A stretch of DNA of 64,000 bases from a virus (IMGVR_UViG_3300017909_004705); one strand, 5' to 3'; shown: positions 49,784-59,493, counted from the stretch's first letter. The notes: a model not told the origin generated them from the letters alone. A program made the numbers and translations.

Positions 49784-50329
49784 ATGAAAGTACCATATGC
49801 AAACTTTAAAACTAGAGAAGGCGACAACGATGCTGTGGGTGGTTGCACATTCATAGGCGGAACATGGAAAGATGTAGACACCACAGAAATTTTTGACAAT
49901 AAAAGGGTGGTCGTATTTGCACTGCCGGGGGCATTTACACCCACTTGTAGTTCACAACAACTTCCTGGTTATGAAGAAAAGTGCGACGACTTAAAAGCAC
50001 TAGGAGTAGATGAAGTTTATTGTCTAAGTGTAAACGATGCATTTGTGATGAATGCTTGGTTCAGAGATGAAAAAATTAACAAAGTAAAAGCAATCGGAGA
50101 CGGAGAAGGCGTGTTCACTCAGGGAATGGGTATGCTTGTCAACAAACCTAAACAAGGATTTGGAATGAGATCTTGGAGATACTCGATGCTTGTAGACAAT
50201 GGTGAGGTTGTAAAAGTATTTGAAGAACCTGGCAAGAACAATAGCAGTGATGATGACGATCCTTTTACAGTATCTGACGTTGACACAATGATAGAATATC
50301 TTAAAACTTTCAATGAGGGAAATACTTAA
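49784..50329 (+). CDS. Peroxiredoxin, Prx5 type
   Basis: LPGAFTPTCS, SVNDAFVM and RSWRYSM motifs. Confidence 0.92.
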   Translation: MKVPYANFKTREGDNDAVGGCTFIGGTWKDVDTTEIFDNKRVVVFALPGAFTPTCSSQQLPGYEEKCDDLKALGVDEVYCLSVNDAFVMNAWFRDEKINKVKAIGDGEGVFTQGMGMLVNKPKQGFGMRSWRYSMLVDNGEVVKVFEEPGKNNSSDDDDPFTVSDVDTMIEYLKTFNEGNT

Positions 50330-50340
50330 AAAAAATATTA

Positions 50341-50565
50341 ATGGCAGAGAAAAAATACGAACATGGATTTGTAGAAGCAAAAACGTCCGGTGGTGCTGTA
50401 TACGAGCTTGGAGTAAAAACATCCAAACACGATAAGGCTTTGAGACGATTGGCTCAGCCATTAATGGACAAATATTGGAAAGACACTGGACAAAGTGTCA
50501 CCACACTGCACCGAGTGTACAATGTAGCAAGATATCTTTTAAAAAGATCTCAGAGGCCTAAATGA
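50341..50565 (+). CDS. Hypothetical protein
   Basis: 74-aa ORF in the operon. Confidence 0.5.
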   Translation: MAEKKYEHGFVEAKTSGGAVYELGVKTSKHDKALRRLAQPLMDKYWKDTGQSVTTLHRVYNVARYLLKRSQRPK

Positions 50566-50735
50566 ACACTGTTTTTTTTGATTTTGAACCCGGAGACAGA
50601 GTAAGAAATCCAAAAGCACCAGATTGGGGTATAGGGCAAGTTCAGTCAATTATTAAAAACAAAGTAACCGTAAATTTTGAAAATGCAGGCAAGAAAACTG
50701 TTGATGGTGCTGTGGTAGATTTGGAGAGAATATAA
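50562..50735 (+). CDS. DUF3553-like protein (57 aa), not in the ORF track
   Basis: EPGDRVRNPKAPDWGIGQVQS...TVNFENAGK; coupled on both sides. Confidence 0.7.
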   Translation: MNTVFFDFEPGDRVRNPKAPDWGIGQVQSIIKNKVTVNFENAGKKTVDGAVVDLERI

Positions 50736-51055
50736 TGTACAAACCATTACCAGACGGATTGACAATACGAGAATCTGATGTGCAAGGTCTCGGTCTGTTT
50801 GCCACAAAAGATTTTGATGCAGATGTTGTGCTTGGAATAGTGCATATCCTAAATAAAAACTTTCCACACGGTAGCATAAGGACGGCCTTGGGGGCATTTT
50901 ACAATCATTCAGACAATCCCAACTGTAAGAATGTTGCAGGCTTTTGGCATCAATTACCAGTGAAATACCTAATTACAACTAAACCTATCAAGAAAGGGGA
51001 AGAACTAACAGCGGCATACACTTTGTACAAAGATTTTAATGACAAGTGGGAATAA
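50735..51055 (+). CDS. SET-domain protein methyltransferase
   Basis: GLGLFA, FYNHSDNPN and GEELT..Y motifs. Confidence 0.85.
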   Translation: MYKPLPDGLTIRESDVQGLGLFATKDFDADVVLGIVHILNKNFPHGSIRTALGAFYNHSDNPNCKNVAGFWHQLPVKYLITTKPIKKGEELTAAYTLYKDFNDKWE

Positions 51056-51067
51056 ATCTGTTATACT
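51039..51067 (+). promoter_or_regulatory. sigma70-like promoter of the GT-galE-folE-guaC-PRTase operon
   Basis: ATGACA-N17-TATACT with TGn. Confidence 0.6.
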
Positions 51068-51073
51068 AATACT

Positions 51074-52240
51074 ATGAAAATATTTTATATGGGACTTGAG
51101 TCGTATCAGGCACGATACACTTATCAATTGACTGACTGGACAAAAAGAGCATATGACAAACGAGGAATGAAGTATGAAATTGTTCCTGGCGACACAATAG
51201 ATGATTCAGAGGCCATTGTTACTGGGCAAGTGCTAGACGCACATGGAAGAAGTTACTTTGGCATGAGCCAAATGATGAACTTGGTCAAGATGTTGAAAGC
51301 AGGGGAGATCACTAGCAATGACGCAGTGTTCTTCGAAGACATGTTTCAACCTGGAATGGAATCACTTCCTTACATACTGCAACAGACCCCGGAGAAATAC
51401 AGGCCAACAATATATTTGCGATGCTTGGCACAGGCGATCGACCCAGATGACTTTGTTCACGTATGGGGAATGAGTAAATGGATGAGCCTATATGAACAGA
51501 TGTGCAACGAGATCCCAAATGTTGTTATTCTTGCCAGCAATGAAGAAATGGTGGCAAACATGAGGATAGCAAACTGGAAGGCACCAATATACAACATATC
51601 AGGATTGAGTTTTGGCAAGGAAGAAGTTCAAGGCAGAGTTGAGCAAAAACCTTTCATGGAGAGAAAGAACAGAGTCGTGTTTGGTGCAAGATGGGATCAA
51701 GAGAAACAACCACAGTTCTTCATGGACATGATTACTAAATTCAAGGAGAAACATCCAGAAACAGAATTTGCAATATGCCAAGGCGGACCTTTAAGATCCA
51801 ATAACAAATATTATGTTGACGAAGCAAGGCATCTTGAAAAGAAAGGTTTACTTACAATACATGAAGATCTTAAGAAGAACGAATACTATGAGATACTTGC
51901 TGATTCAAGAGTGTTATTCAATTGTGCTTTACAGGACTGGACATCAAACACTGTGTCTGAAGCAGATGCTTTAGGTTGTAATGTGTTGTTTCCAGCATAC
52001 AGGTCATTCCCGGAAGTGTTCGCAAACGATCACACAAGACTATACGTGCCATGGTCACACGAGGACGCAATGACCAAACTAGAATTACTATTAAGCAAAC
52101 CATCCCCTAGTATGGGTCAAATATCCGATTGGACCAACGGCACAATCGACAGGATGTTGGACATCATGACAGGCAAGGGCGAACAATGGAGAAGAGATGG
52201 ATCCCACTACAGGACACCAGTATCAGAGTCCAAATATTAA
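51074..52240 (+). CDS. GT-B fold glycosyltransferase (GT4-like)
   Basis: RWDQEKQP; C-terminal SRVLFNCALQDW.S....EA..LGC..L.P nucleotide-sugar-binding motif. Confidence 0.7.
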   Translation: MKIFYMGLESYQARYTYQLTDWTKRAYDKRGMKYEIVPGDTIDDSEAIVTGQVLDAHGRSYFGMSQMMNLVKMLKAGEITSNDAVFFEDMFQPGMESLPYILQQTPEKYRPTIYLRCLAQAIDPDDFVHVWGMSKWMSLYEQMCNEIPNVVILASNEEMVANMRIANWKAPIYNISGLSFGKEEVQGRVEQKPFMERKNRVVFGARWDQEKQPQFFMDMITKFKEKHPETEFAICQGGPLRSNNKYYVDEARHLEKKGLLTIHEDLKKNEYYEILADSRVLFNCALQDWTSNTVSEADALGCNVLFPAYRSFPEVFANDHTRLYVPWSHEDAMTKLELLLSKPSPSMGQISDWTNGTIDRMLDIMTGKGEQWRRDGSHYRTPVSESKY

Positions 52241-53228
52241 GAACGTAACCAAAGCAGTATTGGTAACAGGTGGCGCAGGCTACGTTGGCTCACACACTTG
52301 TAAACTACTTGCCAAGAACGGGTACCTGCCGATCACAGTAGACAGGCACTTCAGAGAAGGCTTGGTGTCATACGGACCAACGCACAACTACACTCTGCCA
52401 CAGGAAGTAGACAGACTTGATGAAATCATAAAGCGATACAACATATCCAGTTGCATACATTTTGCAGGCAGTACCAGTGTTCCAGAAAGTGTTGAAAATC
52501 CTTCACTGTACTACAAAAACAATTTTGTGGTCACCCTATCTCTTTTAGACAAATTGATAAGTTGTGGAGTGAAAACATTTGTGTATAGTTCTAGTGCGGC
52601 CACATATGGTGATCCAGGTCTAAATAAATGCAAGGAAACAGATGTTCCAAGACCGATCAGTGCCTATGGAGGTAGTAAATTAATGATGGAGATGTTGTGC
52701 AAGGATTACATGACCGCGTACGGATTGTCAAGTGTTGGACTTAGGTATTTCAATGCCGCTGGCGCTGATCCTGAAGCGGAGATAGGTGAGTTGCGTGACA
52801 AGGAAACACACATAGTACCATTGGCAATAAATGCCGCCAGACAAGGCAATACGTTCAAGATATTCGGAGACAAGTATCCAACAGAGGACGGCACGTGTGT
52901 AAGAGATTATGTCCACGTGATGGATCTGGCAGACGCACACATAAAGGCACTAAATTACGCTTCAGAAAATTTGACCTCTGAAGTTTTTAATCTCGGTTCG
53001 GGTGCTCCTGCTTCAAACAAACAGTTGGTAGAAACAATTCAAAAATACACAGGTAAAATGAACATTGAAATATGGGGAAACAGGCCAGGAGACCCAGCGT
53101 ATCTCGTGGCAGACATAGAAAAAGCCAAGAAGATATTAAAGTGGGAGCCAACACAAAGTTCAATTGACAACGTGGTGGCAACTGCTGTAAAATGGTATAA
53201 CAAGACGCACAAAAAGGAAATACAATAA
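52197..53228 (+). CDS. galE: UDP-glucose 4-epimerase
   Basis: TGGAGYVGSH, SSSAATYG, YGGSK, LRYFNAAG and RDYVHV motifs. Confidence 0.9.
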   Translation: MDPTTGHQYQSPNIKNVTKAVLVTGGAGYVGSHTCKLLAKNGYLPITVDRHFREGLVSYGPTHNYTLPQEVDRLDEIIKRYNISSCIHFAGSTSVPESVENPSLYYKNNFVVTLSLLDKLISCGVKTFVYSSSAATYGDPGLNKCKETDVPRPISAYGGSKLMMEMLCKDYMTAYGLSSVGLRYFNAAGADPEAEIGELRDKETHIVPLAINAARQGNTFKIFGDKYPTEDGTCVRDYVHVMDLADAHIKALNYASENLTSEVFNLGSGAPASNKQLVETIQKYTGKMNIEIWGNRPGDPAYLVADIEKAKKILKWEPTQSSIDNVVATAVKWYNKTHKKEIQ

Positions 53229-53941
53229 TGAGTGAAGATATTTTGAAAGACAGTTGGGTTCCGGAAGGTCCTATCAGTAAAACTATCAAAGAAAGAATCA
53301 AAAGAGCTGGCAAGAGATTTCATTCTAACGATAACATCTCTGAGTTCATAGAAGATGGTGAAATGGATCTACTACAAGCAGAAGTACAAGAGAAACTACA
53401 AGGTGTGTTAGACAGTCTTGTTATTGACACAGAGAACGATCACAACACGCAGGAGACTGCAAAACGTGTTGCCAAGATGTATATCAGAGAAACATTTGGT
53501 GGCAGATTTAAGCCAGCACCGAGAGTTACAAGTTTCCCCAATATGGGGTACAAGAGCATGTACACTAGTGGTCCGATATCAATTAGATCAACGTGTGCCC
53601 ACCACTTCCAGAACATCGTAGGTAAGGCATGGGTTGGCATCATACCAAATGGAGAAGTTATTGGATTAAGCAAATTTAATAGGATTGTACATCACATAGT
53701 AGAAAGACCACAGATACAAGAAGAGATGACTACACAGATCGCAGATGAATTGAAGAAATATGCTAAGACTAACAACCTCGCAGTAGTGGTCAAAGCAGAG
53801 CATCACTGCATGACGCACAGAGGTGTAAGAGAACATGAGTCTGATATGACAACAGCAATCATGCTTGGAGCATTCAAAGAAGATCCTGCAACAAGAGACG
53901 AATTTTACAAAATTTGCATGAGCATGAAAGGACACGGATAA
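53228..53941 (+). CDS. folE: GTP cyclohydrolase I
   Basis: TAKRVAKMY, STCAHH, GLSK, QIQE and HHCM..RG motifs. Confidence 0.93.
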   Translation: MSEDILKDSWVPEGPISKTIKERIKRAGKRFHSNDNISEFIEDGEMDLLQAEVQEKLQGVLDSLVIDTENDHNTQETAKRVAKMYIRETFGGRFKPAPRVTSFPNMGYKSMYTSGPISIRSTCAHHFQNIVGKAWVGIIPNGEVIGLSKFNRIVHHIVERPQIQEEMTTQIADELKKYAKTNNLAVVVKAEHHCMTHRGVREHESDMTTAIMLGAFKEDPATRDEFYKICMSMKGHG

Positions 53942-54177
53942 TGACAGAGTTCACACACGGTATCCAGGGAGCAATCAAGAAATTAGTTACTGGATCTAGT
54001 GTGGGACTTGCTATAATTTACACATTAGGTCATATCGTTATCGCAATGACAGTTGTCTATTGTATGACTGGCGCAAGTTTATGGCAGGCAGGTGCTGTTG
54101 CTTTGATTGAACCATCGATAAACGGAATTTGGTTCTACGTATTGCACTCTGCTTGGAAAAAGTACAAGGGTTTATAA
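53941..54177 (+). CDS. DUF2061-like membrane protein
   Basis: H..IA..V.Y..TG......A.ALIEP..N...FY.LH..W pattern. Confidence 0.65.
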   Translation: MTEFTHGIQGAIKKLVTGSSVGLAIIYTLGHIVIAMTVVYCMTGASLWQAGAVALIEPSINGIWFYVLHSAWKKYKGL

Positions 54178-54449
54178 TGTCTAAAAAAAGTGAAAAACAA
54201 AAACAAGCACAGGTACAATCAGACGCCATTGAAATGGACGGATTTAGTCAAGGAGTGACGTACGGAGGGAGTTTTGAAATGGAAAACGGAATGAGTGACA
54301 TGACATACTCATTTGGTGACGTAGGGCAACTAGATTTATTTTCAGAGGAAGATCTTAGAGAAAAATATCCAGCACTGAAACAGGCATGGGAACATTATCA
54401 AAGTGTTTTAGAAGTTTGCAAAACAAAGGAAAATGAAGATGAGGATTAA
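54177..54449 (+). CDS. Hypothetical protein
   Basis: TAATG coupling; LREKYPALKQAWEHY motif. Confidence 0.55.
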   Translation: MSKKSEKQKQAQVQSDAIEMDGFSQGVTYGGSFEMENGMSDMTYSFGDVGQLDLFSEEDLREKYPALKQAWEHYQSVLEVCKTKENEDED

Positions 54450-55491
54450 CACCGAACCAAAATTAAATTTTGAAGACGTTTTACTACAGCCTAAACGTAG
54501 CACACTGTCAAGCAGAAGAGATGTAGACATGACTAGGAAATTTACATTTAGGAATTCAGGCAAGGTGATGGACTTCCTGCCAATATTTGCAAGTAACATG
54601 GATGGAGTTGGGACTTTTTCCATGGCCAAGGAAATGCAAAAGCACAAAATGATGACTGTAATTACAAAGACAACCACGGCAGAACAATGGAAAGCGGCCG
54701 CAGGCACAGGATTAAGAATGCAGTCAGTATCTGTGTGTACAGGAACGAACGTCATGTGGGATCCAGAAGCACCTGATTGGGCAACAATGACCAAGGTGTT
54801 AGAAATGTTTCCAGACGTGAAAATGATCACAGTAGATGTCGCGAACGCATATCATCAGAACATGGTGGATTTCATCAAAAAGGTTAGAGACAAATACGCC
54901 GACAAGGTTATAATAGCAGGGAATGTCGTCACGCCAGAAATGACCGAAGAATTGATTATAAATGGTGCTGACGTTGTCAAGATTGGCATAGGGCCAGGAT
55001 CAGTTTGCACGACAAGAACAATGACTGGTGTTGGTGTGCCGCAGTTCTCAGCGATAGTTGACTGCTCAGATGCCGCTAATGGCGTTGGTGGACACATCAT
55101 GGCAGATGGTGGTTGTGTACACCCAGGAGACATAGCCAAAGCATTTGGTGGCGGAGCCCACATGGTAATGATAGGCGGAATGCTGGCAGGACACGATGAA
55201 TCCGAACAGCCGGTGGTAGATGGCAAAATAGAATTTTATGGCATGAGCTCAGATAGAGCCAGAGAAAAGCATGGCAAACGTAAGGATGGATACAGAGGAA
55301 ATGAAGGAAGGCTAATATCTTTACCACACAGGGGACCTGTTGAACCAACTCTAGAGGACATACTGGGTGGAGTAAGAAGTGCTTGTACGTACATAGGTGC
55401 AAGAAGATTGAAAGACATGGCCAAGTGTGCAAGTTTTGTGACAACAAATAACGTAATCAACAGGGTATATGAAAAATACACCACCGGTTAG
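54439..55491 (+). CDS. guaC: GMP reductase
   Basis: KL.F.DVL..PKRS, ASNMD, GIGPGSVCTTR, FYGMSS and RSACTY motifs. Confidence 0.93.
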   Translation: MRINTEPKLNFEDVLLQPKRSTLSSRRDVDMTRKFTFRNSGKVMDFLPIFASNMDGVGTFSMAKEMQKHKMMTVITKTTTAEQWKAAAGTGLRMQSVSVCTGTNVMWDPEAPDWATMTKVLEMFPDVKMITVDVANAYHQNMVDFIKKVRDKYADKVIIAGNVVTPEMTEELIINGADVVKIGIGPGSVCTTRTMTGVGVPQFSAIVDCSDAANGVGGHIMADGGCVHPGDIAKAFGGGAHMVMIGGMLAGHDESEQPVVDGKIEFYGMSSDRAREKHGKRKDGYRGNEGRLISLPHRGPVEPTLEDILGGVRSACTYIGARRLKDMAKCASFVTTNNVINRVYEKYTTG

Positions 55492-55714
55492 AAAGCCTTA
55501 TCAAGCATTGGCATGGTTTGGCACCATAGCACTAATAGTAGGTGCGTGTATGACAGCACTGAACATATATCCGTTGAATGTGTATGTGTGTGTAATTGCA
55601 AACGGTTTATGGCTATGGTGTGGTTGGTTGTGGAGAGAACCAAGCGTGATCGGTTTGAACTTTGCAATGACGATCATCTACGTGGCAGGAACAATTAATG
55701 TATTTTTAAAATGA
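55469..55714 (+). CDS. Small three-TM membrane protein
   Basis: Hydrophobic; NIYPLN motif. Confidence 0.6.
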   Translation: MKNTPPVRKPYQALAWFGTIALIVGACMTALNIYPLNVYVCVIANGLWLWCGWLWREPSVIGLNFAMTIIYVAGTINVFLK

Positions 55715-56175
55715 CAATGGATACTAACAAGAGTTATTTTACAACAGGTCAAATGCGTAATGCGTTGATTCAGATTGAGGACAAGATGGTACATTCAAAC
55801 TGGATGCCAAGTATCATACTGGGAATAAACAGAGGTGGATGCATACCCGGTGTGTATCTATCACACAGACTCAACACTGCACATGAAGTTTTAGATATCA
55901 GGCTGAGGGATCATAAATCAAAACCTGATCTACGTGTTTTGGAAAAAGCATTTGCGTTCCAAAAGAAAATTCTAATCATAGATGACATAAATGATTCAGG
56001 AGCGACTTTTCAATATATTTTAGATAATTTTGGTAAACACGATCAAAGAATAAAGTTTGCCGCACTTATACACAACAAACCTAGTAAAGTAAAAGTAGAT
56101 TACCATGGGTACGAGATTAACAAAGATGAAGTGCCAGCATGGATAGTATTTCCATGGGAAGAATGGGACAAATAA
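55711..56175 (+). CDS. Purine phosphoribosyltransferase (Gpt/xanthine-guanine type)
   Basis: INRGG, IIDDINDSGAT PRPP loop, WIVFPWE. Confidence 0.85.
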   Translation: MTMDTNKSYFTTGQMRNALIQIEDKMVHSNWMPSIILGINRGGCIPGVYLSHRLNTAHEVLDIRLRDHKSKPDLRVLEKAFAFQKKILIIDDINDSGATFQYILDNFGKHDQRIKFAALIHNKPSKVKVDYHGYEINKDEVPAWIVFPWEEWDK

Positions 56176-56188
56176 ACTAAAGGTTGTG

Positions 56189-56217
56189 TTGACACCATAC
56201 TAAGAACCTAGTAAAAT
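56189..56217 (+). promoter_or_regulatory. sigma70-like promoter of the permease
   Basis: TTGACA-N17-TAAAAT; AGGAGG SD downstream. Confidence 0.7.
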
Positions 56218-56252
56218 TTACATACATTAATAAAAACCTATAGGAGGACTTA

Positions 56253-57545
56253 ATGTTAGAAAAACTATTTGGTCTAACAAAAGCCAAGACATCAGTGAAG
56301 ACTGAGATAATGGCTGGCGTGGCCACTTTCCTAACAATGGCCTATATCACGGTGGTCAATCCAGCGATACTTTCAACGGAAGGTTCCGGAATGGACTTCG
56401 GTGCTGTTTTTACAGCAACGATTATTGCCGCAGTGGTAGGAACATTGATTATGGGGTTATGGGCCAATTGGCCTGTGGCACTTGCACCAGGTATGGGACT
56501 TAATGCGTTCTTTACGTTTGGTGTAATATTTGGAATGGGATATACTTTCCAACAGGCACTTGCCGCTGTATTTGTAGCGGGTATAGTGTTTATTGGATTA
56601 TCAGTAACACCTGCTAGGAAGTATATCATCAATTCAATTCCGAGAAGTATGAAACTAGGCGTTGGGGCCGGCATAGGATTATTCCTTGCCATCATAGGCT
56701 TCAAGAACGCAGGGATCGTGGTTGATCATCCTGCCACTCTAGTCGGACTTGGAGACATCTCAAGTTGGCCTGTGTTATTAGCAGGTCTAGGTTTTGCTGT
56801 AATGGCAATCCTTGACAAGAGAAAAGTTCCGGGTGCAATTATCATCGGAATATTAGCAGTCAGCATCATCGCTTGGGTATTTGGAGTATCCGATCTTAAT
56901 GGTGTTGCGGGTGCGATACCTAGTCCGGCTCATGCTTTCAGTCTAGACTTTAGTCTGATAGCGACGGCAGGATTCATTGGTACTGCGTTTGCATTCTTGT
57001 TCGTGGACTTCATGGACACGGCAGGTACCTTGACTTCAGTTGCTAACCTTACAGGCAAGGTGAACAAGAACGGAGAAGTTGAAGGGATTGACAAGGCGTT
57101 GCTATCAGATTCTGTTGCAACATCTGTTGGTGCATTGGCAGGAACATCAAACACCACTTCATATATTGAAAGTGGTGCTGGTATCAAAGAAGGCGGAAAG
57201 ACTGGACTTACGGCAGTGACAGTGGCAGTGCTATTTTTGGCCTGTCTGTTCTTTGCTCCGTTGGCTCAGAGTATCCCGGCGTTCGCTACTGCACCGGCAT
57301 TGATATTCATCGCAACATACTTCTTGAGGAACCTCAAGGACATCGATTGGGATGATGTGAGTGAATACGCACCGGCCGTATTGGCGGCTGTTATCATGCC
57401 ACTGACATTCAGTATCGCATATGGTATAGCACTGGGTTTCATAGCCTACGTGGTTATCAAAGCGGCGAGTGGAAGACAAGCAGAACTTAACGGCGGCAGT
57501 CTGGCGATTGCGGCGGTAAGTTTACTTTACTTCGTAGCAGTATAA
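56253..57545 (+). CDS. azgA: NCS2/AzgA-family purine permease
   Basis: TF.TMAYI.VVNP, APGMGLNAFF, YIESGAG..EGG.TG and MPLT.SI..G motifs; many TMs. Confidence 0.9.
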   Translation: MLEKLFGLTKAKTSVKTEIMAGVATFLTMAYITVVNPAILSTEGSGMDFGAVFTATIIAAVVGTLIMGLWANWPVALAPGMGLNAFFTFGVIFGMGYTFQQALAAVFVAGIVFIGLSVTPARKYIINSIPRSMKLGVGAGIGLFLAIIGFKNAGIVVDHPATLVGLGDISSWPVLLAGLGFAVMAILDKRKVPGAIIIGILAVSIIAWVFGVSDLNGVAGAIPSPAHAFSLDFSLIATAGFIGTAFAFLFVDFMDTAGTLTSVANLTGKVNKNGEVEGIDKALLSDSVATSVGALAGTSNTTSYIESGAGIKEGGKTGLTAVTVAVLFLACLFFAPLAQSIPAFATAPALIFIATYFLRNLKDIDWDDVSEYAPAVLAAVIMPLTFSIAYGIALGFIAYVVIKAASGRQAELNGGSLAIAAVSLLYFVAV

Positions 57546-57550
57546 GTTTG

Positions 57551-57573
57551 TGGGGGGAATTAATTTTCCCCCA
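57551..57573 (+). terminator. GC-rich hairpin after the permease gene
   Basis: TGGGGGGAA-TTAAT-TTTCCCCCA stem-loop; weak U-tract. Confidence 0.45.
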
Positions 57574-57602
57574 TTGACAAAACATCTAAATACATTTATA
57601 AT
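57574..57602 (+). promoter_or_regulatory. Consensus sigma70 promoter with nested TAAATA (cupin-amidinotransferase-queE operon)
   Basis: TTGACA-N17-TATAAT; TAAATA at 57587-57592. Confidence 0.8.
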
Positions 57603-57613
57603 AAGAGAACATC

Positions 57614-58012
57614 ATGGGAAACATAGCAGGAAAAATTTGGGGACAAACAGAACTAATAGAAGCAAATGGTTCTTGTGAATTCCATAGGATTGATTTTGTA
57701 AAAGGTGGCACGTGTTCAAAGCACAAACACGAATACAAATGGAATGGTTTCTACGTGATGTCAGGCGAGATGAAAATCCGTGTGTGGCAAAAGGACTACG
57801 ACCTAGTAGACGAGACCATACTTAAAGCCGGTGACTACACAGCCGTAAAGCCAGGACTATATCACTCATTTGAGGGATTGGAAGACGGTGTTGCGTTTGA
57901 ATTGTACTGGGCGGAATTCAGACACAACGATATACAAAGAGAAAGTGTTGGTCATTTACAAACAGGCAACGTGGTAAGGCTTGATAAGAAAAATGACAAA
58001 ACACGAAAATAA
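57614..58012 (+). CDS. Cupin-domain protein
   Basis: KIWG, CSKHKH..KWNGF and PGLYHSF motifs. Confidence 0.8.
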   Translation: MGNIAGKIWGQTELIEANGSCEFHRIDFVKGGTCSKHKHEYKWNGFYVMSGEMKIRVWQKDYDLVDETILKAGDYTAVKPGLYHSFEGLEDGVAFELYWAEFRHNDIQRESVGHLQTGNVVRLDKKNDKTRK

Positions 58013-59024
58013 GATTCCAATAAAAGGTTACGCTACATTTGACCCGCTGAAACATTGCGTGATAGGATCAGCCTTCAAGCCAGACTGGTTCAAGCATCTG
58101 TCAATATATAAGAACGATAAGATAATGGATCCACTAAAGCGGATAGCCGAGGAAACTGAGGAAGACTTTGAGACCCTGGAAAAGATATTGAAAGACGCTG
58201 GTGTTAAGACATACAGGACTTTCCTAGACATCAACAAAGTTGGAGGACTTGATAATGTTTTTCAACCTCCCGTATGTCCGAGAGATCACTTCGCCACTAT
58301 TGGCGAAACGTTCTATGCGGTAGGGAATGGAGCGAAAGGGTATATCGACATTATCAAAAGCATAGACAAGAAGGACACCTATTATGGATTGCAATGGCAC
58401 GGCAAGTATGATAAAATGCAAGTGTCGACAGCACAGATAGTCAGGGTGGGAAAAGACCTTTGGTGGGACATTCCAAAGACAGTCCCTAAAGAAGTTTCTG
58501 ACACATTGATACAACGTTGGACAGATGAAGGTTTTAGAGTGCATACTAGTCACAGGGGATATCATAACGATGGAGTTTTCTGTGTGGTCAAGCCTGGCTG
58601 TATAATTTCACTGCATGACATACAGAATTACGATAAAGAGTTTCCAGGTTGGGACGTGCTGTATCTACCGGACAGATTGTGGCCCGAATCAAGTGCCTTT
58701 ACAAAGATGAAAAAAGAAGCAGGCGGACGATGGTGGCTGAAAGGTGAGGAACATAACGCACAATTGATTGAATTTGTAAACACTTGGCTAAAGGAATGGG
58801 TTGGATTTGTAGAAGAAACTGTGTTTGATGTAAACATGCTCTCCATAGATCAAAATACAGTGATCTGCAACAGTCATAACAAAGAAATAGCAGACTTTTT
58901 TAAAAAACATAAAGTTGAACCAATTATTTTTAATTTTAGGCACAGGTATTTTTGGGATGGCGGAATACACTGCATCACACAGGACCTGTACAGAGAAGGC
59001 ACACAGGAGGATTATTTTGGCTGA
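57993..59024 (+). CDS. Amidinotransferase (glycine/inosamine-phosphate amidinotransferase family)
   Basis: FDPLK..VIG, PRD, HNDG and C-terminal DGGIHCIT catalytic Cys. Confidence 0.8.
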   Translation: MTKHENKIPIKGYATFDPLKHCVIGSAFKPDWFKHLSIYKNDKIMDPLKRIAEETEEDFETLEKILKDAGVKTYRTFLDINKVGGLDNVFQPPVCPRDHFATIGETFYAVGNGAKGYIDIIKSIDKKDTYYGLQWHGKYDKMQVSTAQIVRVGKDLWWDIPKTVPKEVSDTLIQRWTDEGFRVHTSHRGYHNDGVFCVVKPGCIISLHDIQNYDKEFPGWDVLYLPDRLWPESSAFTKMKKEAGGRWWLKGEEHNAQLIEFVNTWLKEWVGFVEETVFDVNMLSIDQNTVICNSHNKEIADFFKKHKVEPIIFNFRHRYFWDGGIHCITQDLYREGTQEDYFG

Positions 59025-59493
59025 CATATATCACATTTGGGCTGATCATAAGCAGGGCGTTGACTCATATGACTTTGCAAACAAAATGCGAAAGTTTCTT
59101 GATGGTTTGGTTGAGATGGGCAGGATGAAAAACTATAGGCTTACCAGATCTAAACTTGGATTCAGATCCATGGACATGCCAGAATTCCACATCATGATGG
59201 AATTCAACAACATTCAACAACTAGACGACGCAATGACATCTATATTGCGAAATGAAAAGCACATAGATGAGACCCATGTGTCATTCAATCAGTTGGTAAA
59301 CAAAGACACAATCCAGCATTTTTTATACAGGGATTTTCCAGACGAGTTGACAGAAAACCAACCGCAAGTTAAAATACAAGAGCAAGTGAAAATAAAGATA
59401 GATCCGGAAATGGAAAAAAAAATGCGAGGTTCATACACAGTCGATGAAATAGTAAAATCAATGAAGGAGCAATACCCAGACATATGGAAGTAG
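59017..59493 (+). CDS. DUF6614-like protein
   Basis: TTG start after AGGAGG; DIYHIW...RLTR.KLG...EFHIMMEF....QLD. Confidence 0.6.
   Translation: MADIYHIWADHKQGVDSYDFANKMRKFLDGLVEMGRMKNYRLTRSKLGFRSMDMPEFHIMMEFNNIQQLDDAMTSILRNEKHIDETHVSFNQLVNKDTIQHFLYRDFPDELTENQPQVKIQEQVKIKIDPEMEKKMRGSYTVDEIVKSMKEQYPDIWK

Noticed and set aside
50572-50579. T8 tract as a phase-variation switch
   Set aside because: It is in frame, and such runs are expected in AT-rich DNA
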